Shown: in pieces, positions 18,537-27,630 of the stretch | How positions within the stretch are numbered: the first letter of the stretch is position 1 | Layout: each line of letters opens with the position of its first letter | Assembly: GCA_965249725.1 (NCBI GenBank) | Contig: CBDFMQ010000002.1 | Location: 480,001 to 544,000 of the forward strand | Direction of reading: 5' to 3' | Length of the DNA stretch: 64,000 nt | Source: Longimicrobiales bacterium | GTDB taxonomy: Bacteria; Gemmatimonadota; Gemmatimonadetes; Longimicrobiales; Gaopeijiaceae | Made by a program: the position numbers and the translations under genes | Notes under the pieces: generated by a model | The model's database searches: none | What the model was told of the DNA's origin: nothing | What the model saw: only the letters and a program-made list of their open reading frames with translations

Positions 18537-18668
18537 CAAACCAGTTTCCTTCCAGAAGAGAGACTCTGGCTGGGGAGTACGGTACGTCATAGCTTGGTTG
18601 TAAGGTGGATGCGGCATCTTTGGGTGCCGCAATCCTTTCCGACTAGGGGTATACCTTTTCCGAAGGTC

Positions 18669-19472
18669 ATGGCACTAGTAAGCACGTTTACACGGGATCC
18701 GGAGGTTCAGGCGGGCCTCCGAGAGGCGCTCTCGACCGTGCACGACGTCGCCGAGTCCAGGACGCTCGGATGGCTCGCGCTGTCGCTGCGAGAGCGTCCT
18801 GTGAGCGTGTGTATGATCGATTTGGCGTCGATGGGATGGGGTCCGGGCGGACTCGAGCGACTGTTGAGGGTGCGACGCCAGTTTCCGAGCGTCGGGTTCG
18901 TGCTTCTGGCGGGAGCCAAAGAGGATCCCCGGACGCTTTTCGAGGTGGGTCGCCTCGGTTTTCGGAGTCTGGTGGTGCTGAACACCGAGAATCAGGCGTG
19001 GCGGCTGCGCCGAAGCGTGGACAAGGCCCAGGAGAGGGGCGTGACGTCGCGTGTACTCCGCGAGGTGAGCCCCGAGATTGCGCCGCGCGAAACCAAGGCG
19101 CTCCGGCTGGTACTGGACGAGGTCCACAAGTGCTGGTCCGCCGAGGCCTTTTCCGACCTCATGGGCTTGTCCCGTCCCTTCCTGAGCGTCTGTCTGAAGA
19201 GGTCGGGCCTGCCGGCCATCGGACGTCTCCTCGTGTGGTCGAGACTCCTCCATGCCGGCAACTGGCTGGGAGATCCCGGACGGACGGGACAGAGTGTCAG
19301 CCGGCAGCTGGAGTACTCGTCCGGCGCGGCCTTCCGAAGGGCGCTGAAGAGCTACACCGGCGCCACGCCCACCACGGTGGCTTCGCATGGAGGTCTGACC
19401 TTCGTGCTCAGGCACTTTCTGCACGATTGCGGGTTTGAGACTCCGGCCACACCACGCATCTCCGTGGCTTGA
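18669..19472 (+). CDS. AraC-family transcriptional regulator with a degenerate receiver-like N-terminal domain
   Basis: C-terminal double HTH (SAEAFSDLMGLS...VSRQLEYSSGAAFRRALKSYTGATP); N-terminal PVSVCMIDL and FPSVGFVLLA resemble receiver strands beta3 and beta4. Confidence 0.85.
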   Translation: MALVSTFTRDPEVQAGLREALSTVHDVAESRTLGWLALSLRERPVSVCMIDLASMGWGPGGLERLLRVRRQFPSVGFVLLAGAKEDPRTLFEVGRLGFRSLVVLNTENQAWRLRRSVDKAQERGVTSRVLREVSPEIAPRETKALRLVLDEVHKCWSAEAFSDLMGLSRPFLSVCLKRSGLPAIGRLLVWSRLLHAGNWLGDPGRTGQSVSRQLEYSSGAAFRRALKSYTGATPTTVASHGGLTFVLRHFLHDCGFETPATPRISVA

Positions 19473-19519
19473 TTTCGGCCTAAGCCGTTGGCCGCAACGC
19501 TCATCTCCAATCCAAGCTC

Positions 19520-19756
19520 ATGACTGAATTCCTGGACGAATCAGGACGCGCCTGGGTGGCGACCGTACGATCGGAGTCGGGTACGGACTACAAGGGCCGC
19601 TACTACCTGTACCTCGCGGAAGAAGGTGCGACCGACGCCGGAGTCAGCCTTCTGGACGTGCGGTGGAACAGCCCGGGCACGGCGGAACGAGCGCTCTCCA
19701 CGATGTCCGACGTCGAGTTGCGCAGGCGACTACGGTCAGCCCTGGGACGGGCCTAA
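19520..19756 (+). CDS. Small hypothetical protein (78 aa)
   Basis: Clean ORF filling the gap between AraC and dacB; protein-like composition. Confidence 0.65.
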   Translation: MTEFLDESGRAWVATVRSESGTDYKGRYYLYLAEEGATDAGVSLLDVRWNSPGTAERALSTMSDVELRRRLRSALGRA

Positions 19757-19769
19757 GCTCCGACCGGGC

Positions 19770-21362
19770 CTATGGCTCGGGTGTATCCGGCTGGGCCCGT
19801 CGGAAATCCGCCAGCCTCGATCCGATTCGATCTTCGATCCGCTTGGCGGCACTGGTGGACGGGACCTCGTTGGAGAGAATACTGAACAGAAGCCTCTCGC
19901 CGTCCCGCGCTTTCACCATTCCGGTGAGGGCCGACACTCCGTCAATGGTGCCCGTCTTCGCCCTGAGGTTCCTCGCCGCTCGCGTACGGTACATCCGCCG
20001 CAGTTTCCCCCCGGCCTCGGGCAGGGTGGAGAGGTATGCGTCCCATTCGGGAGACTCGGCGACGTGAAGTAGGATCCCGACCAGGCCTCCGGCCGTTACC
20101 CGGTTGTTTTCCGAGAGCCCGGAGCCGTCCACCGCGATGATATCGCCGTCGTCCAGCCCGACCTCACCTGCCGTATAGCTGCGCACGGCCCTCGCTCCCC
20201 CAGCGAACGATCCTTGGCCCATAACGACTTTGCCCATCGTCTTGTAGATGGTCTCTGCGAATAGATTGTGACTCTCGTGGTTGACCACGTTCAGATACTC
20301 GATCATCTCCGGTGACGTGTGGCTGGCCAGAATGCGGGGCTCCTCGTCTTCCAGAAGGCCCGGGACCCAAGCCTCCCGCCCGGTGATGCGTGAGCTCGCG
20401 GCTCGGTGTACGGCCTCTGCGTCGTCCCTCACAGTCAGACCCTCCGACTCCAACACCTCGCTCAGGGTCCGAGCCGAGTAGAGGGCGGGATCGGAGACCG
20501 TCAGGCGTCGCCAGATGGCGGGACCGCCCCGCGTCATCTCGCCGGCGATGCGAATGAGCGACGTCGGTGTCGGCCGATCGAGCCACAACCTCGGCCGTGG
20601 TCGCCCGGCCACGGTCTGGGCGGTGTTGTGAAAGCCGGCCGGTATGGTCTCCACTGTGGGCACGCCGCCTAGTCGTGCCGAGGGGAGAATCTGCAGCGTC
20701 ACGATGTTCTCGTTGAACGAGAGGGCGGTGGCCGGGGCTGCGAATCGCTCGTTCAGGTCTCTTGGATTCCACCCGGGTCCGAGATCCGGCCCGGAGAAGT
20801 AGGTCGCGTCCCCGACCACCGAGCCGTCGATATGCGTGATGCCCGCCGTCCTCAGTTGCTCCGCCAGGTTCTCGAACACTCTGTTGCGGGTGGGAAAGAA
20901 CCGATCGGAGATACCGGGGTCACCCGTGCCGTACAGGATCAGATCGCCCCGCAGATGGCCGTCCTCCACAGGCCCGTCGCCGAGTAAGAAGGTCTGATAC
21001 GTGAAGGAGGGGCCGAGAAAGTGGAGCGCCGCCGCCGTCGTCACGACCTTCATGTTCGAAGCCGGAATGACCAGGACGTCTTCGTTCCGCGCGAAGAGCG
21101 TGTCTCCGTGATCGAGCGACACGACGAGAACGCTCCAGTCCGCCGCGCGCAGCCGGGTCCCGTCGAGAAAACGGGCTAGGTCACGGCGCAACGCCTCGAC
21201 TTCGGGCCCCGGGGGGGGCGAGGGTGGACTGACGACTACCGTGACGCGCTCCTCGGGAGGCGGCGCTGCCGGAACCGAGTCGCCGGACCCGCCCGGTCGC
21301 CAGGCGATCGACGTGGCCGCAAGGGCGCCTACGCCCAGCGACAGAAGCCGAGTACCCTTCAC
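19770..21362 (-). CDS. dacB: D-alanyl-D-alanine carboxypeptidase/endopeptidase (PBP4, S13 family)
   Basis: PASNMK (SxxK), SHN (SxN), AKTGT (KTG), GTGDP and DGSGLS. Confidence 0.93.
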   Translation of the reverse strand: MKGTRLLSLGVGALAATSIAWRPGGSGDSVPAAPPPEERVTVVVSPPSPPPGPEVEALRRDLARFLDGTRLRAADWSVLVVSLDHGDTLFARNEDVLVIPASNMKVVTTAAALHFLGPSFTYQTFLLGDGPVEDGHLRGDLILYGTGDPGISDRFFPTRNRVFENLAEQLRTAGITHIDGSVVGDATYFSGPDLGPGWNPRDLNERFAAPATALSFNENIVTLQILPSARLGGVPTVETIPAGFHNTAQTVAGRPRPRLWLDRPTPTSLIRIAGEMTRGGPAIWRRLTVSDPALYSARTLSEVLESEGLTVRDDAEAVHRAASSRITGREAWVPGLLEDEEPRILASHTSPEMIEYLNVVNHESHNLFAETIYKTMGKVVMGQGSFAGGARAVRSYTAGEVGLDDGDIIAVDGSGLSENNRVTAGGLVGILLHVAESPEWDAYLSTLPEAGGKLRRMYRTRAARNLRAKTGTIDGVSALTGMVKARDGERLLFSILSNEVPSTSAAKRIEDRIGSRLADFRRAQPDTPEP

Positions 21363-22930
21363 GACATCCCGCCGTGCTGCGGCAACAATCCGTCCAGTGG
21401 ATCCTGGCCGGGAAGGGGGAGGATGACACCGGGGTTGAGGACGGCCGTCGGGTCGAGGTGGCGCTTGACGTCTCCAAACGCGCGGGTGAGCGGTTCACCC
21501 CAGATTCGCTCGAGAAGCGGTGCCCTGATGCGTCCGTCTCCGTGCTCGCCTGAGAGCGTCCCGCCGAGGCCGGCCACGAGGTCGGTTGTCTCCTCGAGAA
21601 TTGCCCGAGCGCTCTCACGCCATCCGGCGCGGCGGACATCCAGAAGCGGATTCACGTGGACGTTCGCGTCACCGGCATGACCGAAGATCACGGCGTCGGT
21701 CTCCCACTTGGCGAGAATCTCATCGAGCTCCGTGAGGTAGCGGCCCAGGCTTTCAGGCGGTACGACCGAATCCTCGATGATCTGCGTCGAAACGAGGCCG
21801 CGATCGGCGCACGCTGCGATCAGAGGACTGGCGGCGTGTCGGATCTCCCACAGGGCCTCCCGGTCGGCGTCTTCCATGGCGGTGATGGCGGGTGAACCTA
21901 GCTCCTGTCCCAGCCGCTGCAACGCCTCGGCACCGCCGGACACCTCGTCGTGCCCGCCGTCGATCTCGATGAGGAACACGGCCGCCGCACCTTCTACCGC
22001 GCGTCCGACGATCGGGTGTGACGACATCGACGTAATCTCCAGGAACCGACGCCCGAAGAACTCGCACGCCGCGGCACCTACCTGAGCGGCTGCGCCGAGC
22101 ACCGATGGAACCTCGTCGAGGCTCGGGACCGCGAGGAGGACCAGCGCGGCGGCTTCCGGCACGGGGGCCAAATCCAGCACAGCCCCGGTCACGACGGCCA
22201 GCGTCCCTTCGCTGCCTACGATCAGCTCGACGGGATCCCCAGCGGGCATGAACCGATCCAGAGCGTATCCGCTGGAGTTCTTGCGGACGGATGGCCAAGA
22301 ACCGGGAGTAGTGCCGATCTCTTCACAAAGCGACCGGTGCAGGTCCTCGAACACCAGAGGCCCCCGTGCTCCGCGCACCAGACGGTGCTGCGATCCATCG
22401 CCAAGGACGATCTCCAACTCGCGCACCCAGTCGCGGATCGCTCCGTACTTGTAGGTCCGAGCCCCCGCCGCGTTGTTCGCCACCATACCACCGATGGTGC
22501 ATCTCTCGGCGCTCGACGGGAGCGGGGCCAAGAAGAGCCCTGCGGTCCTGGCGGCTCGTTCGACGTCGGCGGCGATGGCTCCTGCTCCGACATGAATGGT
22601 ACGGCTGTTCGGTTGAGGCGGAGCGATGTATGTGAACGAGGCGCTGAGATCCACTGCGATGCCCGGTCCCACGTTGCCGCCGGGCATTCCCGTGCCCGCT
22701 CCCCGTGGGACGACCGACGCGCCTTCGGCGAATACCCAGGAAAGGAGCACCGAGAGGTCGTCCTGATCACGGGGACGCACGCAAGCGATCGGCGGTATGC
22801 TTACCGGCCCGGACGCACCGCCGTAAGGAGCGAGGGCGACGTCGTCCACGAGCGTCTCACCCCTGAGTGCGGGGAGCCGGGAGAGACAGCCCAGCGTGGT
22901 GTCAGCCGACGGTGACGACCGCCTCGCCAT
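21359..22930 (-). CDS. FAD-binding oxidoreductase (GlcD/D-lactate dehydrogenase-like)
   Basis: PRGAGTG, TIGGMVANNAAG, GSEGTL, GHAGDANVH and GEHGDG; start uncertain. Confidence 0.88.
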   Translation of the reverse strand: MARRSSPSADTTLGCLSRLPALRGETLVDDVALAPYGGASGPVSIPPIACVRPRDQDDLSVLLSWVFAEGASVVPRGAGTGMPGGNVGPGIAVDLSASFTYIAPPQPNSRTIHVGAGAIAADVERAARTAGLFLAPLPSSAERCTIGGMVANNAAGARTYKYGAIRDWVRELEIVLGDGSQHRLVRGARGPLVFEDLHRSLCEEIGTTPGSWPSVRKNSSGYALDRFMPAGDPVELIVGSEGTLAVVTGAVLDLAPVPEAAALVLLAVPSLDEVPSVLGAAAQVGAAACEFFGRRFLEITSMSSHPIVGRAVEGAAAVFLIEIDGGHDEVSGGAEALQRLGQELGSPAITAMEDADREALWEIRHAASPLIAACADRGLVSTQIIEDSVVPPESLGRYLTELDEILAKWETDAVIFGHAGDANVHVNPLLDVRRAGWRESARAILEETTDLVAGLGGTLSGEHGDGRIRAPLLERIWGEPLTRAFGDVKRHLDPTAVLNPGVILPLPGQDPLDGLLPQHGGMS

Positions 22931-23372
22931 CCGACTCGCGCGCGCAGTCAGGGCAATACCCCGTGAGCTCGAGCTGATAACCGGTAACCTGGAAGCCACT
23001 GGCGCTCGACCCTACGTAGGAAAGATCGGAATCACGGAGTTCGCCGGGGATGTCGGACACGGACCCACACTCTACGCACCTGGCGTGGTGATGGGGATCG
23101 GTCCGGCCATCGTACCGGGCAGACCCGTCGGCGTGACTCAGCTTGTTGGCCAAGCCACACGAGACGATGGCTTCGAGGCTCTTGTAGACCGTGGCCAGCG
23201 AGATTCCCGGGACTTCATCGCGGACGCCGAGAAACACTTCATCCGCCGTGGGGTGGACCGTGGTGTGCGCGAGAAGCCGATAGACGGCCGCGCGCTGCTC
23301 GGTGAACCGATGCCCTCGCGCCTCGAGTGCGCTCCGGAGGACGTGGTCGCTCGAAGAAGAAGATGTGGACAT
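22902..23372 (-). CDS. Fur-family regulator, PerR-like
   Basis: TEQRAAV, HPTADEV, ISLATVY, HHHARCVECG and C-terminal CPDC. Confidence 0.9.
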   Translation of the reverse strand: MSTSSSSSDHVLRSALEARGHRFTEQRAAVYRLLAHTTVHPTADEVFLGVRDEVPGISLATVYKSLEAIVSCGLANKLSHADGSARYDGRTDPHHHARCVECGSVSDIPGELRDSDLSYVGSSASGFQVTGYQLELTGYCPDCARESDGEAVVTVG

Positions 23373-23407
23373 GTTGCGGCCATACCCGACAACGGCGGTG
23401 TTGATCC

Positions 23408-23980
23408 ATGACGAAGACCAGTGAGCCACTTCTCACCCTTGAACCGCTGATCGAGGCCGTGCGAGATGGGGTGGCGGGAGCCGGCTGGGATCTGTCCGGA
23501 CTGCAGAAAACGACCAGCCATCAGTTCGAGGGACGCTGGGATGGGGAGAGCTCCAGAAGCGCCTACCTCTTCTTCCACAACGAGGCCTTCCCGGACTTCG
23601 TGAGCGTCGACGTGTTCCTGGATGAGACCACCAAGGGGCTCCGTGGCAATCTGGCTTTGGTCGTTGAGGGTCCGGAGCTGGCCGAGCTCGGGCCCATGAA
23701 GGAGCTCCTCTCCTCCCTCGCCAAGGTGAGCGATGCGTCCATGCCCGAGGGTTACCGGACGCCACTGACGGTCCGCTTGCGGCTGGCCACACCGGATGAG
23801 GATCCGGCGGACGCCGAGAGCGAGGTGCGCCTGAAGCTCAGGATTCCGGTCAAGGCGATGAAGGCGGGTGCCGACGCGGTCTCGGCCCTGGCGTCCGCCG
23901 CCGTCGCCGCCTTCGAGCGGGCGCTGGCACACGAGGACTTCACAGTCCTTCGTGTGGGTGGCGACACGGAGATTGCTTAG
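23408..23980 (+). CDS. Hypothetical protein
   Basis: 190-aa ORF with typical codon usage, divergent from the Fur gene. Confidence 0.7.
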   Translation: MTKTSEPLLTLEPLIEAVRDGVAGAGWDLSGLQKTTSHQFEGRWDGESSRSAYLFFHNEAFPDFVSVDVFLDETTKGLRGNLALVVEGPELAELGPMKELLSSLAKVSDASMPEGYRTPLTVRLRLATPDEDPADAESEVRLKLRIPVKAMKAGADAVSALASAAVAAFERALAHEDFTVLRVGGDTEIA

Positions 23981-24119
23981 TCGACGACGCTTGCCTCGGT
24001 GCGCGCCGCCCCCCTAGTCTGACGTGCCGACACCAGGTCGGACCTTCCCGCCGGACCTGCTCGCCGGACCTGCCACACGACACGCGTACCCAGTCATCCA
24101 GACGCTTGGAGGTAGTGGA

Positions 24120-26078
24120 ATGAGTACCGAAGGCGGAGCCCTCGACGTACTCCTGACCGAAGACCGCAGTTTTCCCCCACCCGAGCACTTCAAGGACGGG
24201 GCCGTGGTGGCGGATCGCCGACCCTACGATGAGGCCTCCGAGGACTATCTGGCTTTCTGGGAGTCCTGGGCGGAGGAGCTCGACTGGTTCGAGAAGTGGC
24301 ACACGGTGCTCGAGTGGGAACCGCCTCACGCCAAGTGGTTTCTGGGCGGCAAGCTCAACGTGTCCCAGAACTGCCTGGACCGTCATCTGGCCGGTCCCCG
24401 TCGGGACAAACCGGCGCTGATCTGGGAGGGGGAGCCGGGCGACACGCGCTCCTACACGTACTCCGAGCTACACGCCGAGGTGTGCCGCTTCGCCAACGCG
24501 CTGAAGGGCTTGGGCGTGGGGAAGGGGGATCGTGTCGCCATCTACCTGCCGATGATCCCGGAAGCAGCGATCGCCATGTTGGCCTGCGCCCGCATCGGTG
24601 CGCCGCATTCGGTGGTGTTCGGCGGGTTCAGCCCGGAGTCGCTCGCGGATCGCATCAACGACGCCGAAGCGAAGGCGCTGATCACCGCCGACGGTGGGTA
24701 TCGTCGAGGGGGAATCGTGCCGCTCAAGGTCAACGCCGATGAGGCGGTGGCGTCGTGCCCCAGCATCGAGAGCGTGGTGGTCGTGGCTCGTGGTGGCCCA
24801 CTCACCGAAGAGGTGAACGCTCAGATGGAGCAGGGCCGCGACCACTGGTATCACGACCTGGTCGCCGCTGCCAGCGTCGACTGCCCGCCCGAGGTGATGG
24901 ACGCGGAGGACCTGCTCTACATCCTCTATACGTCAGGAACGACCGGTAAGCCGAAGGGCGTGGTCCACACGACCGGGGGATATCTCACGCAGGTGCACGC
25001 CACCACCAAGTGTGTCTTCGATCTTCGAGAGGACGACGTCTACTGGTGCACGGCCGACGTCGGTTGGGTTACCGGGCACAGCTACATCGTCTACGGGCCG
25101 CTGTCGAACGGGACCACCCAGCTCATGTATGAGGGTGCGCCCAACTGGCCCGAGAGCGACCGATTCTGGGAGTTGTGCGACAAGTACGGCGTCACGGTCT
25201 TCTACACCGCTCCGACGGCGATCCGGACCTTCATGAAGTGGGGTGACGAGTGGCCCGCGAAGCACGACCTGTCCAAACTGAGGCTCCTCGGAACCGTGGG
25301 GGAACCCATCAATCCGGAAGCCTGGATGTGGTATCGCGAAGTGATCGGCGGCGAGCGTTGCCCCATCGTCGATACGTGGTGGCAGACCGAGACCGGGGCG
25401 ATCATGATCACTCCGCTCCCGGCGGTGACCACGACCCGCCCGGGGAGCGCCACCGAGCCCTTCCCCGGGATCTCGACAGCATTGTTGGACGATGCCGGCA
25501 ATGAGGTGACCGCAGGCTTCCTCGCCATCACCAAGCCCTGGCCCTCGATGTTGCGCGGGATCTACGGAGACGAGCAGCGGTTCCGTGAAACCTACTGGTC
25601 CAAGTGGGACGGCATCTACTTTCCAGGCGACGGCGCCAAGTTCGACGAGGACGGATACCTGTGGATTCTGGGTCGCGTGGACGACGTGCTGAACGTCGCT
25701 GGCCACCGGGTCGGGACCATGGAGGTGGAGAGCGCCCTGGTCGATCATGAGGCCGTGGTCGAGGCGGCGGTCGTCGGTAAGGCACACGAGGTGAAGGGTC
25801 AATCGATCGCTGCGTTCGTGTCGTTGGGGCAGGGCTACGAGGGTAGCGACGAGCTCGAGGCAGAGCTGAAGGGGCACGTCGCCGACAAGATCGGCGCCAT
25901 CGTTCGTCCCGAGATCGTGGTCTTCACGGCCGACCTACCGAAGACGAGGTCCGGCAAGATCATGAGACGACTGCTGAAGGACATCGCCGAAGGCCATGCG
26001 CTGGGTGACACGACGACCTTGGCCGATCCGGCCGTCGTGGCGGGGCTTCAGGAGCAGTACGAGGCCGAGGAGGGGTAG
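24120..26078 (+). CDS. acs: Acetyl-CoA synthetase
   Basis: [26 protein letters not shown] and [20 protein letters not shown] before ATG 24120. Confidence 0.96.
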   Translation: MSTEGGALDVLLTEDRSFPPPEHFKDGAVVADRRPYDEASEDYLAFWESWAEELDWFEKWHTVLEWEPPHAKWFLGGKLNVSQNCLDRHLAGPRRDKPALIWEGEPGDTRSYTYSELHAEVCRFANALKGLGVGKGDRVAIYLPMIPEAAIAMLACARIGAPHSVVFGGFSPESLADRINDAEAKALITADGGYRRGGIVPLKVNADEAVASCPSIESVVVVARGGPLTEEVNAQMEQGRDHWYHDLVAAASVDCPPEVMDAEDLLYILYTSGTTGKPKGVVHTTGGYLTQVHATTKCVFDLREDDVYWCTADVGWVTGHSYIVYGPLSNGTTQLMYEGAPNWPESDRFWELCDKYGVTVFYTAPTAIRTFMKWGDEWPAKHDLSKLRLLGTVGEPINPEAWMWYREVIGGERCPIVDTWWQTETGAIMITPLPAVTTTRPGSATEPFPGISTALLDDAGNEVTAGFLAITKPWPSMLRGIYGDEQRFRETYWSKWDGIYFPGDGAKFDEDGYLWILGRVDDVLNVAGHRVGTMEVESALVDHEAVVEAAVVGKAHEVKGQSIAAFVSLGQGYEGSDELEAELKGHVADKIGAIVRPEIVVFTADLPKTRSGKIMRRLLKDIAEGHALGDTTTLADPAVVAGLQEQYEAEEG

Positions 26079-26903
26079 CTAGCCCTCGGAGTCTTCGGCC
26101 AGCGGATCGGGCGTCGGTGGCGGGCGCTCTCGCGACGGCTTGTCCTTGATCTTCTTGGCCGGAATGCCTGCGTAGATGCTCTGGGGGTCGGTGTCTCGCG
26201 TCGCCATGCCGAAGGACCCGAGCATGGTCCCGTCGCCGAGATGGACCCCTGACATCACGGTGGCGTGGTACGTGATCCGGACTCCAGCCCCGATAACGGT
26301 CACGGGTGTGGTGATGTCGCGCCCCTCGACCAGATCGTGTGCGTGACTGTAGATGTTGGCGAAGTCCGACACGGAGGCCCCGTCTCCGAGCTGGATGCCG
26401 CCCCGGTCGTCGAGGAGCACATGCCGGTGGATCACCACGTCGTCACCGACCTCCATGTTGTACCCGAACGACAGCTTCACGTGGTGGAACGCCTTGAAGT
26501 TTTTTCCACAGCGCCGAAAGATGCGCTCCGCCAGCATCCGGCGGAACTGGACTCCCAGGTGGACGTTTTCTCCCAGCGCGCTTCTGTCGAAGCCCTCCCA
26601 CATCCAGATCAGGGGTTTCACCCGGTCGTAACGCTCCAGGTCCGTGTCGGCGTAGTACTCGGGCTCCAGCGTGACGCTGCGGGCGTCCATCTGAGCCAGA
26701 AGAACACGGGTCGCCATGGGGAGGGTCGCCTGATCCACCCCGACAAGGTCCGGAAAGTGGATCTCGGTCAGCACCGATCGGCAGAGCTCGTAGCGATCGC
26801 ACGAGGGATCATCGAGACGGGCTTCGATGGACCCGAGCCAATCGTCGTACAGACGCTCGGCCTCGGCGTCGATGTATACTTTTCGATTGGGGAGAAAAAC
26901 CAT
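26079..26903 (-). CDS. Hexapeptide-repeat (left-handed beta-helix) acyltransferase
   Basis: VGDDVVIHRHVLL, LGDGASVS, IGAGVRITYHATV and AGIPAK; start could be 26945. Confidence 0.85.
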   Translation of the reverse strand: MVFLPNRKVYIDAEAERLYDDWLGSIEARLDDPSCDRYELCRSVLTEIHFPDLVGVDQATLPMATRVLLAQMDARSVTLEPEYYADTDLERYDRVKPLIWMWEGFDRSALGENVHLGVQFRRMLAERIFRRCGKNFKAFHHVKLSFGYNMEVGDDVVIHRHVLLDDRGGIQLGDGASVSDFANIYSHAHDLVEGRDITTPVTVIGAGVRITYHATVMSGVHLGDGTMLGSFGMATRDTDPQSIYAGIPAKKIKDKPSRERPPPTPDPLAEDSEG

Positions 26904-27011
26904 TGGCGGTATAGCCCCGTAGGGGTTGATGGGTTCAGCAGGCACGATAGGGGCTCGGGTCCGGCCTGCAAAGCCGTCGCCTCCTCCGGGGGGCCCGTGT
27001 TAACTTGCTCG

Positions 27012-27071
27012 AAGCCCACCTGGGCCGCGCCAAGCCCACCTGGGCCGCGCCAAGCCCATCTGGACCGGGCG
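27012..27071. repeat. 20-bp tandem repeat AAGCCCACCTGGGCCGCGCC (two perfect copies plus one degenerate)
   Basis: Copies at 27012, 27032 and 27052 in a divergent intergenic region. Confidence 0.85.
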
Positions 27072-27117
27072 GCGCCCGCCCTAAGCGGGTACTGCAACCA
27101 ATTCGGGAATATCGGCC

Positions 27118-27507
27118 ATGCACGACGTACTGCGGCAGCGCCTCATGCGGAAGATCGAGAGCCTGCCCGAAGAGCAGGTCTATCAGATCCTCGACTACAT
27201 CGAGTTTCTGGAGGGTAAGTACGCCACCGATATCGCTCAGGAGGCGTCGGGGCTCCAGAAATTCGCCGAGTCCATGGAAGACAAGCTCCGGAAGAAAGCG
27301 ATGAGTCCGGCCACAATACGCGAGGCGTTCCAGCTCATATCGGCGGCCGATCGGGTTCTCTCGAACGTATCATCGGCCGGCAAGCAGCTTCTCGATGAAC
27401 TCACACCGTCCCTCGGAGAGCCGTCGGAGTCTGAGGTCCCGAGCTTGGATGAAGGGCAAAACGATGAAGGCCCAGACGGTGAAGACACTGTGAACGAGGA
27501 GGGTTGA
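27118..27507 (+). CDS. Hypothetical protein with a DUF2281-like N-terminus and acidic tail
   Basis: KIESLPEEQVYQILDYIEFL pattern. Confidence 0.65.
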   Translation: MHDVLRQRLMRKIESLPEEQVYQILDYIEFLEGKYATDIAQEASGLQKFAESMEDKLRKKAMSPATIREAFQLISAADRVLSNVSSAGKQLLDELTPSLGEPSESEVPSLDEGQNDEGPDGEDTVNEEG

Positions 27508-27533
27508 CACCCCGAGACGCCTTCGGGTAAGAT
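27504..27533 (+). promoter_or_regulatory. Candidate sigma70 promoter for guaB
   Basis: TTGACA (27504-27509), 18-nt spacer, TAAGAT (27528-27533). Confidence 0.6.
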
Positions 27534-27630
27534 CTTCCATGGTAGCCAATAATGCGCCTGTTCGCCGGGGGTCTCGACAGGAGACTTCGGGTGGGCGGGC
27601 GTCTCGTTTATGGGTGATCGGAATGACGTC

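Noticed and set aside
18275..18592. Plus-strand ORF with Cys-rich RCHQDYA-like repeats
   Set aside because: Antisense shadow of the HNPGGNG gene; its repeats vary non-synonymously, whereas the minus-strand frame is perfectly conserved and has an RBS and lipobox.
18537..18632. Longer N-terminus (111 aa) for the repeat lipoprotein
   Set aside because: Signal-peptide length and RBS position favour ATG 18536; the extension would cover the divergent promoter region.
16477..19756. Classical RiPP biosynthetic cluster around the repeat peptide
   Set aside because: No radical SAM, YcaO, lanthipeptide, ATP-grasp or peptidase-transporter gene is adjacent; modification in trans cannot be excluded.
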